DNA of 64,000 nt from Phaeosaccion multiseriatum (lineage: Eukaryota > Protista > Ochrophyta, other classes), in contig OZ218955.1 of the NCBI GenBank assembly GCA_965112735.1, positions 3,782,001-3,846,000 on the forward strand. The letters run 5' to 3'. Below the pieces are notes generated by a model. The model searched no databases and had not been told where the DNA came from. It saw only the letters and a list, made by a program, of their open reading frames with translations. Shown one piece after another: positions 1 to 11,982 of the stretch. A program made the position numbers and the translations under genes. Positions within the stretch are counted from its first letter, which is position 1; each line of letters begins with the position of its first letter.

Positions 1-770
1 CCCTCCCTGCCTCCCTCTCTCTCTCCCTCCCTCCCTCCCTCCCTCCCTCCCTCCCTCCCTCCCTCCCTCCCTCCCTCCCTCCCTCCCTCCCTCCCTCCCT
101 CCCTCCCTCCCTCCCTCCCTCCCTCCCTCCCTCCCTCCCTCCCTCCCTCCCTCCCTCCCTCCCTCCCTCCCTCCCTCCCTCCCTCCCTCCCTCCCTCCCT
201 CCCTCCCTCCCTCCCTCCCTCCCTCCCTCCCTCCCTCCATCCCTCCATCCCTCCATCCCTCCCTCCCTCCCTCCCTCCCTCCCTCCCTCCCTCCCTCCCT
301 CCCTCCCTCCCTCCCTCCCTCCCTCCCTCCCTCCCTCCCTCCCTCCCTCCCTCCCTCCCTCCCTCCCTCCCTCCCTCCCTCCCTCCCTCCCTCCCTCCCT
401 CCCTCCCTCCCTCCCCTCCTTCCTTCTCTCCCTCCCTCCCTCCCTCCCTCCCTCCCTCCCTCCCTCCCTCCCTCCCTCCCTCCCTCCGCCCCTCCCTCCC
501 TCCGCCCCTCCCTCCATCCCTCCATCCCTCCCTCCCTCCCTCCCTCCCTCCCTCCGCCCCTCCCTCCCTCCGCCCCTCCCTTCCTCCTTCCTTCTATCCC
601 TCCCTCCCCCCCTCCCTCTATCCCTCTATCCCTCCGCCCTCCCTACCTCCTCGCATCCGTCTATCCCACTGTCCCTCCCTCCCTCCCTCGCTCCCTCGCT
701 CCCTCCGCCCCTCCCTCCGCCCCTCCCTCCATCCCTCCCTCCCACCCTCTATCCCGCTATTCCTCCCTGT
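1..770. repeat. (CCCT)n/(AGGG)n polypyrimidine satellite, nearly pure to ~415 then degenerating
   Basis: Direct reading of the CCCT tetramer array with sporadic CCAT/CCGC/CTAT variants. Confidence 0.97.
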
Positions 771-1800
771 GGAAAGTCGATTCGTAAGTCAATGGCCATC
801 ATCCTATGTGCGTAGGTGGTCGTTTAGGACTAGCATGCGATAAGTTAATAGAGGCAAGACTGGTTGCTAGGCTGGCTTTGGGGTTGCTGTTACCTTGTCC
901 GTGTGTCTAAGTTCTATCCTATCTGTAGCTAGGCGACAGCGCATGTTGTTTTACACTATCTGTAGGCGACAGCGCTTGTCGTTTTACATCCCTCCCTACC
1001 TCCTTCTATCCCTCTACCCCTCTGTCCCTCCCTTCCTCCCTCTCCCTCCCTCCCTCCCTCCCTCCCTCCCTGCCTCCCTCCCTCCTCCCTCCCTCCCTCC
1101 CTCCCTCCCTTCGACCCTGGACAAGCAAGCAAGGTTAGCTACGGTGTGCGCCGGCCGTAATCAGTAATCAGATAGCTAGGTCGAGGCCTAGGCCTAGAAC
1201 CGCCGGCCTAGGAAGAAAAAATGCTTCTAGGCCAGTCTGGGGCCGACAAGCCAGTCTAACTAGCTAGTCTAGCTATCTAGAGCCGCTAGTAGGCCTGCAA
1301 GGGGCTGACGACGTCTTCTCCTCCTACTATTGAGGTATCGCTATTGCCGACGTCAGCCGGCACGCCATCGGCTCGAGCCGGCACGCTATTAGCTATTAAT
1401 CTTTCGAGAGGGAAGAGTGAGGGGAGGAGAGGAAGCAAGAGAGAGGAAAAAGGGGAGGAGGACGAAATGAAAGTAAAATTCTCTGTATAAGTCAATGAGC
1501 CACGCTTATGCCAACCCAACCCCTATTCCCCTTGGGTCCCCTTGGGTCTCCCCCCTCCCACATCCACAATCCTCTCTCAAAGATTTAAGGCTCTCAGCAG
1601 CAGGAACGTGAGAAGCAGCAGAGAGACTGACAGGGGAGTAGAGAAGGGAGGGAGAGAGGGAGAGAGAGAGGGAGGACTTTTCTTTTGAGCTTGTGCAAAG
1701 TGGCGTTGTGGGGTTGTGGGATAGCGCCGGACCCCAGACACTCAGCAACTCCAGACACTCTCCCCTCCGTAGCCTACAGTCAGCAACACGGTGGACGATA

Positions 1801-3483
1801 ATGAACGGGGTTCGGAAAGCAGCAGTGTTGGTGGGGTTCCTCTCTGCAGTGAGCTTTGTGCAGGTGAGCGCGGACTCTGACATCGCTGGCTACACGGCCT
1901 ATGCCGGGGCGGTGGGGGAGCGCTCCCAGATCGACTTGGATGTGGTGGACATGAAGGAGCTGGTGGCCAGTGGCAACTACACCGAGGCCTTGAAGATTTA
2001 CGATGAGGGCAAGTACAGCGCCAAGACGGCCGACGACGGGACAGAGTCCTTCCGGACGCTTGCAGGCTTCGGCACCAAGGCCCTCAAGGGCAAGGTGTAC
2101 GAGTCCTACTCCGCCTACTGGAACGATCCCAACTACGCAGACTCCTTTACACGGGCGGCCTGCCAGGGCGATGACGGGGGCGAGTTTGGCGACTTTAGCA
2201 CCAACGCCATGGAGGACAGCGACGCCCGGGCACAGTGCTGCATCAAGGGCGCCCAGTACCACAACACGTTCCAATACGTCATCCACGAGCTCGATGACGC
2301 CATCGAGGACTGCCGCACTGGCCAGATTGACGCGAACGGTGAAGGCGCCCTGGCTTGGGACGAGGGGTGGGCCTTTTATGCGGGTTCGCTCGAGGACGGG
2401 AGCGGTGGCAACGGCCCGGAGACGGGCGCGCTGACTTACAACGCCGCTGAGAATAGATGTGAGGAGTTCGCCACGTGCATTGGGGAGGGCAGCGTTCGGG
2501 GCAATGCGCTGGTGAATGTGCGGCTGTTGGAGCTGTGGAAGGAGGGACAGGACAGCCTCATTGAGCTAGACTGCGACGAGGCCGACAGGATCAAGGGCGA
2601 GATTATCAACCACCTGTACATTCCCCTCATCCAGGGCATGCTCAAGTGAGTCCAAAAAAAAATGTCTATTGACTCTCCTTTTTTTGTGATGGGAAGGAAG
2701 AGAATGAATTGTTTAATGTTTTTCCCTATGTCTCACTCCTCTCCCCTCTCCTCCCTTTCCCACTCCGTCCCCTGCCATCAGGTACATGAGCGCTGTGGAA
2801 ACGACGGCCGCCCCCACATCCAAGGACCGCGGCGAACTGTGGGCCTTTGCCTCCGCCGTGGCTCCCTACATGAACTACCTGGGCAACTCGGAGCTGGCAA
2901 CGTCCATTATCGAGAACGCGAACATCAACTCTACCCCCATGCAGGAATCGTCTGCGAGGGAGATGAACGCCCGGGTGCAGAGTGTCTATAACACCATGGG
3001 CGTTCGCTGCGACTTTGTGGGCGGCCTGCGGGATGGGGAGCAATACGTGGACGGCATGGGCCCCTGTGAAACGGACCTGCCCGGTGGACACAAAATGCCC
3101 GCTTGGGCGGTGGCTCTGCTCGTCATCTTTTTGATTCTGTTGGTGGCCGCCCTTGCAGGCTTCATCTGGACTTGCACTAAGGGCAAGAAGGACCGCAAGG
3201 AATTTTTGGAGTACCAGATGAAGCAGCAATCCTTCAGGGACGGCGCTGTCGACGTCAACGGCGAGAGCAAGGTGAACGACCTCCAGGTGAGGGAGGGAGT
3301 GAGAGGGAAGCATGCTTCTCCTCTGTGCTGCCGGGAGGGAGGGAGTGGGAGACAGAGTGGGGGGGGGAGGGGGGAATGCCCCGTGTGCTTCTGCTTGACA
3401 TGCCCACCCGCCTTTCTCACCTTCTCTTCTTTCATGTCCGTTCTGTCCGTCCGTGCCCTTTGTCCCCCTTGCAGCAAATCTAA
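1801..3483 (+). CDS. FEA1/low-iron-inducible periplasmic protein (phytotransferrin-like), signal peptide plus C-terminal TM anchor; exons 1801-2645, 2782-3286, 3475-3483 (~452 aa)
   Basis: N-terminal hydrophobic leader (AAVLVGFLSAVSFVQVSA). Family-like motifs YVIHELDDAIEDC, AWDEGWAFYAGSLE, YIPLIQGMLKY, GELWAFASAVAP. TM segment WAVALLVIFLILLVAALAGFIW. Two GT-AG introns join in frame. Confidence 0.8.
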
Positions 3484-4421
3484 AGCGCTGCGTGCGCAAT
3501 CATAGATGCGGGCAGGGCAATGTCATGTGTTTTGTTACCACTCCTCTCTCCAGCAACGGTCACGTTGGATGCCGCTGGCGGAGAGGTGCTGCCACTGGTG
3601 ACAGCCCCGACGGGAGGAGATGCTGAGAATTTCGGTATATACAATGGCTGAGCACAAGTGGCACGAGTGTGATTTATATTTTGTAAGGGCGTCCAGTGCG
3701 AGTTTTCCTTTACAACTGGGTCATGCTCCGAAGATGTGAATTAGAAATAGTGTTAGACTGTAAAAATGCACATAACATATTCTTCTGTACGATGGATTCT
3801 GCTCGCATTCTCGCTGGAGCAATTGTCGTGCCTCTAGTCAGTCAGTCAGTCAGCCGGTCAGCCCCTCACAGCTTGGAGGTACCGATGTGCCCGACAGAGA
3901 GGCAGGCGCAGCGTCAGCGTCTGTAAGGACCCGCACCTCGTCGGCCTACATGCTTGTGTGTGTGTGTGTGTGTGTGTAAGCGAGAGAAACAGGGCGAGGT
4001 GATACATCGAAAAAAAATAATTTTACGCTCTTTATTCGTATAATTAATTTAATTAGTACTTCGAAGTACTAGGGAAAAAAAGGGTGGTGAATTTGATGGC
4101 GACGAGTAGTTCACTCTAACAGTAAAGGGAAGAATGCTTGCGCTCACGGACGATAAATGAAGGAGATATATAAAGGACAGGCGGACCCGAAAGGGACCAG
4201 GATTGGCATAGGATTGGTGGGTGGTGACGTGGTGAGGTGAGGGAACACGTGGTGTTCACCAGTAGAGCGAGAGAAAGATACTTGGCAATCTGTCTCTCCA
4301 CGGCACTGCGGATGAAAGGGTGAGTCGAGGTGAGCGCACAAGGGCTGAAAACGAACACAACAAACACAACAACAACAACAAAAAATTGACACGACCGGGG
4401 GGTGGGTGGGGGGGGGCGTTG

Positions 4422-5792
4422 CTATGACACAATGCAATCGCCCCGCTCGCTACCGCCCCCTCCTCCTGATCCTCCTGATCCCCCTGCTCCGTGACTGACG
4501 GACTTCCGGTGGCCCTTCTTCTTGAGCGAGGGCTTTCCGCCGAACGTACTACCCAGGCTACTCGTCATGCTGCTCCCCTTGGCGCTGTTGCTCAGCAAGG
4601 ACACACCCCGTCCGCCACTGCTACTGTTGCTGCCATAGTCTACCGCTGCCCCACCTCCCGGCTGCACGGGAAACCCCCCCGCCCCCCCCCCCAGCGGGCT
4701 CATCCCCTCCCCTGCCATGGACGAGAGGCTGCTCGTACGGCTCGCGTCGCTCAGGCCGGGGGTGGACAGCTCTTCCTGGAGGCCTTCCTGGGACGAAAAG
4801 CCCGACGTGGTAACTGTCGAAACCGTCACGTCGACGGAGGCCTGACCGCTGCCGCCGCTCTGGGAGCTGCTGAACCTGCTACCACCCCCCCAGGACGCCG
4901 ATTGCGACAGCTTGCGGCGGTGCTGCGCTTTGTCTCCTCTTGAGCTGTTGCTGGTCACGCTGCTGCTGCCGTCGCCATGCTTCTTCTTCTTGTACCCAAA
5001 CCGGTTCTTCTTGGTCTTGGTCGTGGCTGTGAGCACCGGGGGGGGGGGGGGGGCAGAGAGCTTGCGGGTCAGTCAAGCAATGGGTGGGAATGCCTCACAC
5101 GAGTTCTGCGCCTCACCGACCACCCGACTCCCTCCCTCTCTCCCGCCCCACCAACCGCCCCTTCTCCCTCCCTCCTGCTCCCCTCCCTCCTGCTCCCCTC
5201 CCTCCTCCCTGCCAGCCTTCACTCACCGACAGCGGCGGCCTTGGTGTTGTTGCGCCGCATCTCTGCGATGCACTCCGTCACCACTGCCTCAAAAGCCTCG
5301 TCCACGCTCTCTCCGCTCTTGGCACTCGTCTCGTAGAACTGTACGCCGTGTCTTGCAGCCACGTCCGTCCCCTCGCTCGTGTCCACAAGCTGCTGCGACA
5401 AGGAAGGGGAGACAGGGAGACGGAGGGAGGGGTGGTGAGGTGGGTGTGTGTCGGTGCCATATCAGCGCGTCAACGAGAGCTTGTTCATCAGCGCGTGAAA
5501 GGTGGGGGCAGGGATGGAGGGGGGTCGCTGTCTTTGGCGGGATTTTGGGTATCGTCCTCCTCGGGTCTCTAATTGAACAAAAGAGGAGAGGGCACGGGCG
5601 AGGGGAAGAGTCGCACACACACCACACCACACCAGCCTAGAGACCTAACACGTGCACCACACGCTGCTCTGGCGTACGCACATTGTCTGTCTTGAGTCGC
5701 AAGTCCTTTTTGTTGCCCACTAGGCACGTCTTGACATTCTCGTACGCATTGGCCTGCGAGGACAGGGGAGAGGGGAAGGAAGGACGGCGAAT

Positions 5793-5835
<43 letters not shown>

Positions 5836-6313
5836 GAGGAGGAGAAGGGCGTGCAAAAAGCAGTGACAGTCGCCCACCTCACCACACCCAACCCATCCCA
5901 CTTTACCAACCAACCAACCCGCCCAACCAACCCACCCACTCACCCAACCAACCAAACCAACCATCCAACCATCCAACCATCCAACGCACGCACGCACGCA
6001 CGCACGCACACCCACCTGTATGTTCTTCATCCAGTACTCGAGATTGCCCAACGTCTCCGGTCGGCTCATGTCATAGACCAGCACAATGCCCTGGCAGCCT
6101 CGATAGTAGGCATGTGTAATCTTGTGAAACCGTTCCTGCCCCGCTGTGTCCCACACCTGCACAGTCACCCCCTCGTCGAACACGTTCATATTCTTGGTCT
6201 TGAAGTCGACCCCCACTGTTCCGGTCAGACTGGGCGAGAAAGTGCCCTCCACGAATCTCTTCATGAGAGAAGACTTGCCCACACCGGTGTCGCCCAGCAT
6301 CAGGATCTTTACC

Positions 6314-6349
<36 letters not shown>

Positions 6350-8907
6350 CATGTGTGTGCGAGGGGGAGGACCGATAGGCGGAGATGAGCGGGGGTGGGG
6401 AGGATGCAAAAACAACCAATCCCTCACTGAGCGAGAGAAAACAACATGCACATGGTCCCACATGGTAACACACCAACAAAACACACAACCCACTAGCAAG
6501 CCCCAGACACAACACAGCCACACAGCACACTACCATTCACTTGGCGCACCTTGTGTACAGTCTGCGGCGGACTCCCGCGCATCATGTGCGTGCTGTAGGG
6601 GTCCTCCGTCTTTGGCGACAGGGCCATTGCGTCAAAGCCTCGAGCCCCACCACCACCCGAGGGGAAGTTGTTGTTGACCACCTCCAGCGTGGATATTTGC
6701 CCCAGATCAGACACCACTTGCGCCATCCCCTCCGCGGGTGCGCCCCCCCCCCCGGTGCTGTTGGAGTCCCACGGATCGTAATCCGGGTGGTCCTCCAAAG
6801 CGGTGGTGCTGCTCACGGTGCTGCCGCCCGAGAGAAAGACGGATGAGCCTGACCCGGGCGTGATGAGCCCGCTGCTGGGAACACTTGTGCTTGGATCATC
6901 AAGGTCATCGCTCATAGACTCATTCGCGCTGCTGTTCTCCGCCGTCCCTCCGCTCTCCTCATTCTCCGACAGCCCCGTCGCGCTGGGCTGCTTTTGCGGC
7001 TGCTGCAGACCAGCACCAGGCTGTACCACCAACTGCCCATGCTGCCCCTGCTGCGGATGCCGCGGTGTCCCACATAACTGCCCCCCCGCGCCGGGAAAAG
7101 GAGCCTGGGTATGCTGATGTAACGGCAGAGAAAGCACCGACGTGGCCGCAAAGGCTCCGCCATGCACGCCCCCCTTCGGAGAGGGCAGCGGCGTGCCCCC
7201 CACCTGCGTACCGCCGCCCACCCCAATCCCCCCCTTCTGTGGTGCGCTGACTTGCAGAAACGCATGCAAGCCCGGGAGCTGCCTTCTGGTCCGCTCTCTT
7301 CTGTCGTCTTCGTCCTCGCTCTCCTCCTCCTCCTCGTCCTCCTCCTCCTCCTGTTCCTTCCTCCGTCCCCACCCCCCCCCTCTCCCCCGCCCCGAGCTCC
7401 GGTAGCCCCCCTGCTCCCCTTCCCCTTCGCTGTCCTCCTCCTCCGCCTCTGAGTCGCTGTCCTCAATGTCGCTGCTCCCCTTGTGCCTGTGTGCGCTGTT
7501 GCTGCTCGCCCTGGCTTCAATTATCCCCTGTTCCAGCGTACGCCGATGGCGCTCGTTCAGGTCCGAATGATTCCGCTGAACAAGAACAAGAATAGAACAA
7601 TGAGAAGGAAAAGGTGAAAGGATGGGTGAGTGAGTGAGTGAGTGAGTGAGTAAGTGGGCGAGCCTGCCCCCTTCGAGACATGCACACATGCAAGGTGTGG
7701 TGAGTTCGTTCTCGGTTGGTGTTGTCCTCCCCCCCGACTCACCATCATGCCTTTGCTGCCCTTGGACTTGTCGTCCATGGGGTCGACACGTCTCCTCTCC
7801 TAGCGAACGAAGCGAGGATCCAGGTGGTGGCGGGAGCATGAGAGGAGGCACAGCGACAGAGAAGAGGTGATAAGATACACTACACGGCACAGTCAAGGCA
7901 GGGCCCAAGAAAGCACGCGTCAAGCTCAGAGCAGCGTCACAATCAAGGCTACAGAGAGGGAGGGAGGAAGGGAGGGAGGAAGAGGGCCGGTAGAGCAGCA
8001 AGTTCCCATCATTTTTGCGATCTTACCCCTTGTGATCCCGCATCCGGAGGGCTATGCCCCGCAGCTTCGTGATTGCTGTGCGTGCTGTCGCACCTTCGTC
8101 GCCCGCCTCCGCTGCCTGTACTGTGCGTGCTGCCACTTCTACTGCGTCTACCTTCCTGATTATGTGTGTTTCTATTTCTCCGCATCTGTGGACGGCACGA
8201 GAGGCCACGGGAGGGGAGGTAGCGATGGAGGGGCATCCAACAGAGCCCGTCAGGTGGGGACAAAGGCAACGGAGACGGCGCAGGAAGCCAGAGCAAGAGA
8301 AGAGAGCAACGTTTTCCTCCCGGCCGCCACCAAGCAAGATCTTGAACCCCCTATTTCTCTTCTCTTCCTTTGGGTCATGCCCGTTGCGACACAGCACTTC
8401 CTTCCTGCAAAGAGCAACGCCTGAGAAACACTACGAATAGGCAACGGCCGACAACCAGAGACACCCCCCCCCCCGCCCTCCGCCCTCCGCCGCCTGCCCC
8501 CCGCCCTCTCAACTTACCTCTCCCTCTGCTGCACCCTCCTCCTCATAGTCCGCGAACCCCTCCCCTTCTGGAGAGAGGTACTCCTCGTCCTTGCTCACTG
8601 CGCCCGCCGAGGCATTGATCGCGCGCAACACGTCGTCGTCGTCGCCCTCGTAGAAGGAACTGCTCCTCGTCCTGGAGCCCCTCCGCCCCCCGAGGCTGGA
8701 GAAGCTGGTCATTGTAGCCCCCCCATCGTCCGAGTCGAGTAGGGTCTCATCCGGCTCCAGCTCCTCGCTCTCCTCCTCCCCCAGCGGAACGTTGCTCTGC
8801 GCGTAGATGAAAGGCTCGCCCTTGTCACCCCAGCCCAGGAAAGACGAGGATTCTGGGTCGACCATGCTATCCTCCGCCTCCAACGCCCCTTGCTGTTCCT
8901 CCTCCAT
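4422..8907 (-). CDS. Giant Rab-family GTPase (Rab8/Sec4-like core) with ~540-aa low-complexity N-extension and C-terminal CaaX (CIVS); exons 8907-8518, 8185-8027, 7799-7743, 7575-6550, 6312-6016, 5753-5682, 5392-5227, 5026-4422
   Basis: GDTGVGKSS, TVGVDF, WDTAGQERF, YYRG, GNKKDL, ETSAK motifs. All exons join in frame through GT-AG introns. The Rab core is certain; linkage of the four upstream exons is inferred. Confidence 0.8.
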
Positions 8908-9883
8908 ATCGACTGCACCCTCAACACACTCTCCTCCTCTCGCGGTACTTCAAAGCCTAATTCATACGCCCTCTTCACACGCACCTAGGCTCCTCCCTTC
9001 TACAGCACCTCACACTCCGCACAGCAGCGCGACACAAACAACACCCACACCCCAGGCCTTCCTGTCTCGGTTAACAGGATGAGGCCTTACAGGAAAAAAA
9101 ATCAAGAAGAGTCTCTCACACGCGTGAGAGCCGCTGGGGACTCGTATGTCAATGGGCCATCGATATTTATTTGCGTGAGAGGCGCGGGCCGGGGTTCACA
9201 AGGTGTGGTGTGTCGATCGAGGGTGTGGGGAGAGGAGTGGAGTGAAAGGAGTGGAGTTTTATGTGATCGGCCCATGACGCGCTATCGAATGCATCGGAGC
9301 CTGAGGGTCCGATAGTATGTGGCTATCGGCCGCCGGCCGCCGCCCGGCCGATAGCAGATACCTGGCGCCGAGATGCCGAGCGAGATGGCATGCCGGCTGG
9401 CGCCGGCGATAGCAGATAGCAGATAGCACGGAGGGGAAGGAGATGGGTCCCGCTCTGCCTCAAGACACTGCACTGCCCTCTTGACGGCTGTCGTGGGAAG
9501 GAGGAACCTGCCCATTAAAAATTTCACCTAGCAGGGTAGCTGACCGGCCGGCCTACTGCGCGCAGACCCCTGACATGCCATCCCCTGCCGGGAGGGTTTG
9601 CTGCCTCCCAGGCAGGCTACACAGCAGAGGCTATGCAGGGTCCGGTAGCATGCTGCCAATATGTGGGTAGCGCGTCAGGGGTGGATACCTGCCCAGCCAG
9701 TTCACCAGCCAGCCAGCAGTTACGCTCTCGTGGTCCATCCACCACCACCTCACCCCACCCCACCCCTCGCCCGTGACCGAACCCCCTTTGCACACACCAA
9801 CCTCTGGCTGCGCCCGCTGTAGTATCACCAACTGCTACAGGCAGGACAGCCTCGCTCCTCACTCCTCACTCCTGCCATTTGAG

Positions 9884-11200
9884 ATGATGACCACCATTGC
9901 TTCGCTCCGGGCTCGGGGCTACCATCTTCCTGTGCGGAAGGCCTGCAGACAGCTCCGAACGGTCCACGCTGATGAGCTACGGCCTTCGCTTTGGAGTGGT
10001 GCGGCGTTTGCGTGTGCCCCCTCTCCTCCTCATCGGGGGGTCGACAGCCTGAGGGGAAGCAAGCAGCAGGGGAGAGAGGAGCGAGCAATTGGAGGTACTG
10101 CGAGCAATCGATCAGTCGATTGATGCATCAATCGTAAGAGAAGGAGCGAGTTGTCATGGATGAGGAGGACCCCAAGCAGCCAGGAAGGAAGTTTCAGTTT
10201 CAGTTTCAGTTTCAGTTTCCGTCAGTTTTTTTTTTTCTTTCTTCTTCGTTTCGCTAGACAAGATCGTGTTTCAATGCTTCTCCTCACTACACACACATAG
10301 CACCACTCAAGCAGAGCTGAACTGAGCAGAGTACAGCAGAACAGGGTTAAAGGGGAGGAAGCGAGAGCAGTGAGCACTCGCGACGGCTGGTGGTGGTGAT
10401 GGTGATGGTGTGCTGGGTAAGACAAGTTGGTGATGGTGGCTGGGTAAGACAAGTTGGTGATGGTGTGCTGGGTAAGACAAGTTGGTGATGGCGTGCTGGG
10501 TAAGACAAGTTGGTGATGGTGTGCTGGGTAAGACAAGTTGGTGATGGTGTGCTGGGTAAGACAAGTTGGGGTTCTGGCTGCATCCAGGCTTCATGAACAC
10601 TCACACACACAGAGAGAGACAGAGACACGCAGCCATACTCCCCCCCTTCCCTCCCCTCCCCTCTCCTCCCCCCTTCCAACTAAGCGGACACAGTACCTTT
10701 CGGGCACGCCACACGGTCAAAACGCGCCTGCACACCGTTCAACGGCCCCCAAGCGACGACGCACGATAGACCAGTTGGTGGTACAACAGCTTGTCAAAGA
10801 CAAGGGCATCCATCCATCTGGTCTGTCTAGTCTCTGTACTATCTCTTTCTCTCTCTCCGTGTCTTTCTCTGGGCGCCGCCCCCGTGCCGTAAGGAAGGTG
10901 GGCTGAGGAAGGCCCGCGTCTTGCACCAGCCCTACGCACACGCACACGCACTCGCAGGGGAGCCTCATCATCTCCTCATCCACCGGCCAATGCCAGGGAC
11001 ATCCATCTGCATGTACGGCGGAGCTCTGCGGCAGTTTCAAGCAGCTGTAAGGCCGCCCTCTCCTGTGCGGCAGAGCTGCTGCTGCCTTCACGCCGTAGAC
11101 GACAGACCACCATCAGCAGCAGCAGCAGCAGCAGCAGCCAGCAACGCCCCTCTGCCTTTGGCACAAATGGGACGAGAGGGGAGACACACGGCACCCCACA
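9884..11200 (+). CDS. Possible orphan spliced gene, unknown product (tentative exons 9884-10094, 10685-10820, 10958 onward)
   Basis: ATG-led ORF MMTTIASLRARGYHLPVRKACRQLR with a possible frame-consistent GT-AG chain. No recognisable domain. It would fit the strand-alternation pattern. Confidence 0.25.
10404..10570. repeat. 28-bp minisatellite (GTGCTGGGTAAGACAAGTTGGTGATGGT) x ~6
   Basis: Direct tandem copies, no unique spacers. Confidence 0.95.
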
Positions 11201-11232
11201 TCCTTCTCTCGCTCTGCTCTGCTCAATGGAAG

Positions 11233-11907
11233 TCAAGTCACTCTCCTCTCGCTCCTTGCCATCTCCGCCAGGCCCCACCGGCTGAGGGGATGACTCACAG
11301 AGGCCCGCTGCTGGCCCTCCCCCCCTCCCTCCCCCTCCCCCTCCTCCCCCCGGCTCTGCAGCACGTCCACCTCCACCTCCACCCGGGGGGCTCGCTTCCA
11401 GCCGCTGTGGTCATCTCCTCTCTCTCTCCCCTCTCTGCAGCAGGCCGTGACGCGGGCAGCTCGTGAGAGGACAAGAGGGGGCGGTAGAGGGGAAAGGCAG
11501 GGCTTGGGCGTCGTGAGGACCTCCAGCTGCTGAGCCTCGAGTTGCTGTGCTTGGCCTTGGCCCGAGCCCATGCAATTCCGCTTGAGCAGGGGGGTGATCA
11601 AGGCGGATACGTATTCTGCGATGCCGATGGAGGCGCTCAAACCCGTCGAACGGATGCCTGAGGAGGAGGAGGAGGAGGAGGAGGAGGGGGGGGGGGGAGG
11701 AGGTATTAGGACGGAACTAGAGGAGCAACCTGCCTCCCTAGTCCAGCCAAAGATCCTTGCAGGAGGGACTGAATCTTTCTCCGCGCCTGAGGCGTGGAGA
11801 CGGACGAAGAGAGCAGAGGCGCAGCGAGGCGACAACAACAACAAAAGAACAAAAAACGGAAGGAAGAGAGAAAGATAGAAAGAAAGAAAGAAAGAAAGAA
11901 AGAACGA

Positions 11908-11982
<75 letters not shown>

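Noticed and set aside
1-420. (CCCT)n as a telomere
   Set aside because: It is not a TTAGGG/TTTAGGG-type unit, and the same tetramer fills many internal introns.
1400-1800. Known algal iron-responsive promoter elements upstream of the FEA1-like gene
   Set aside because: No convincing match seen; short motifs would occur by chance.
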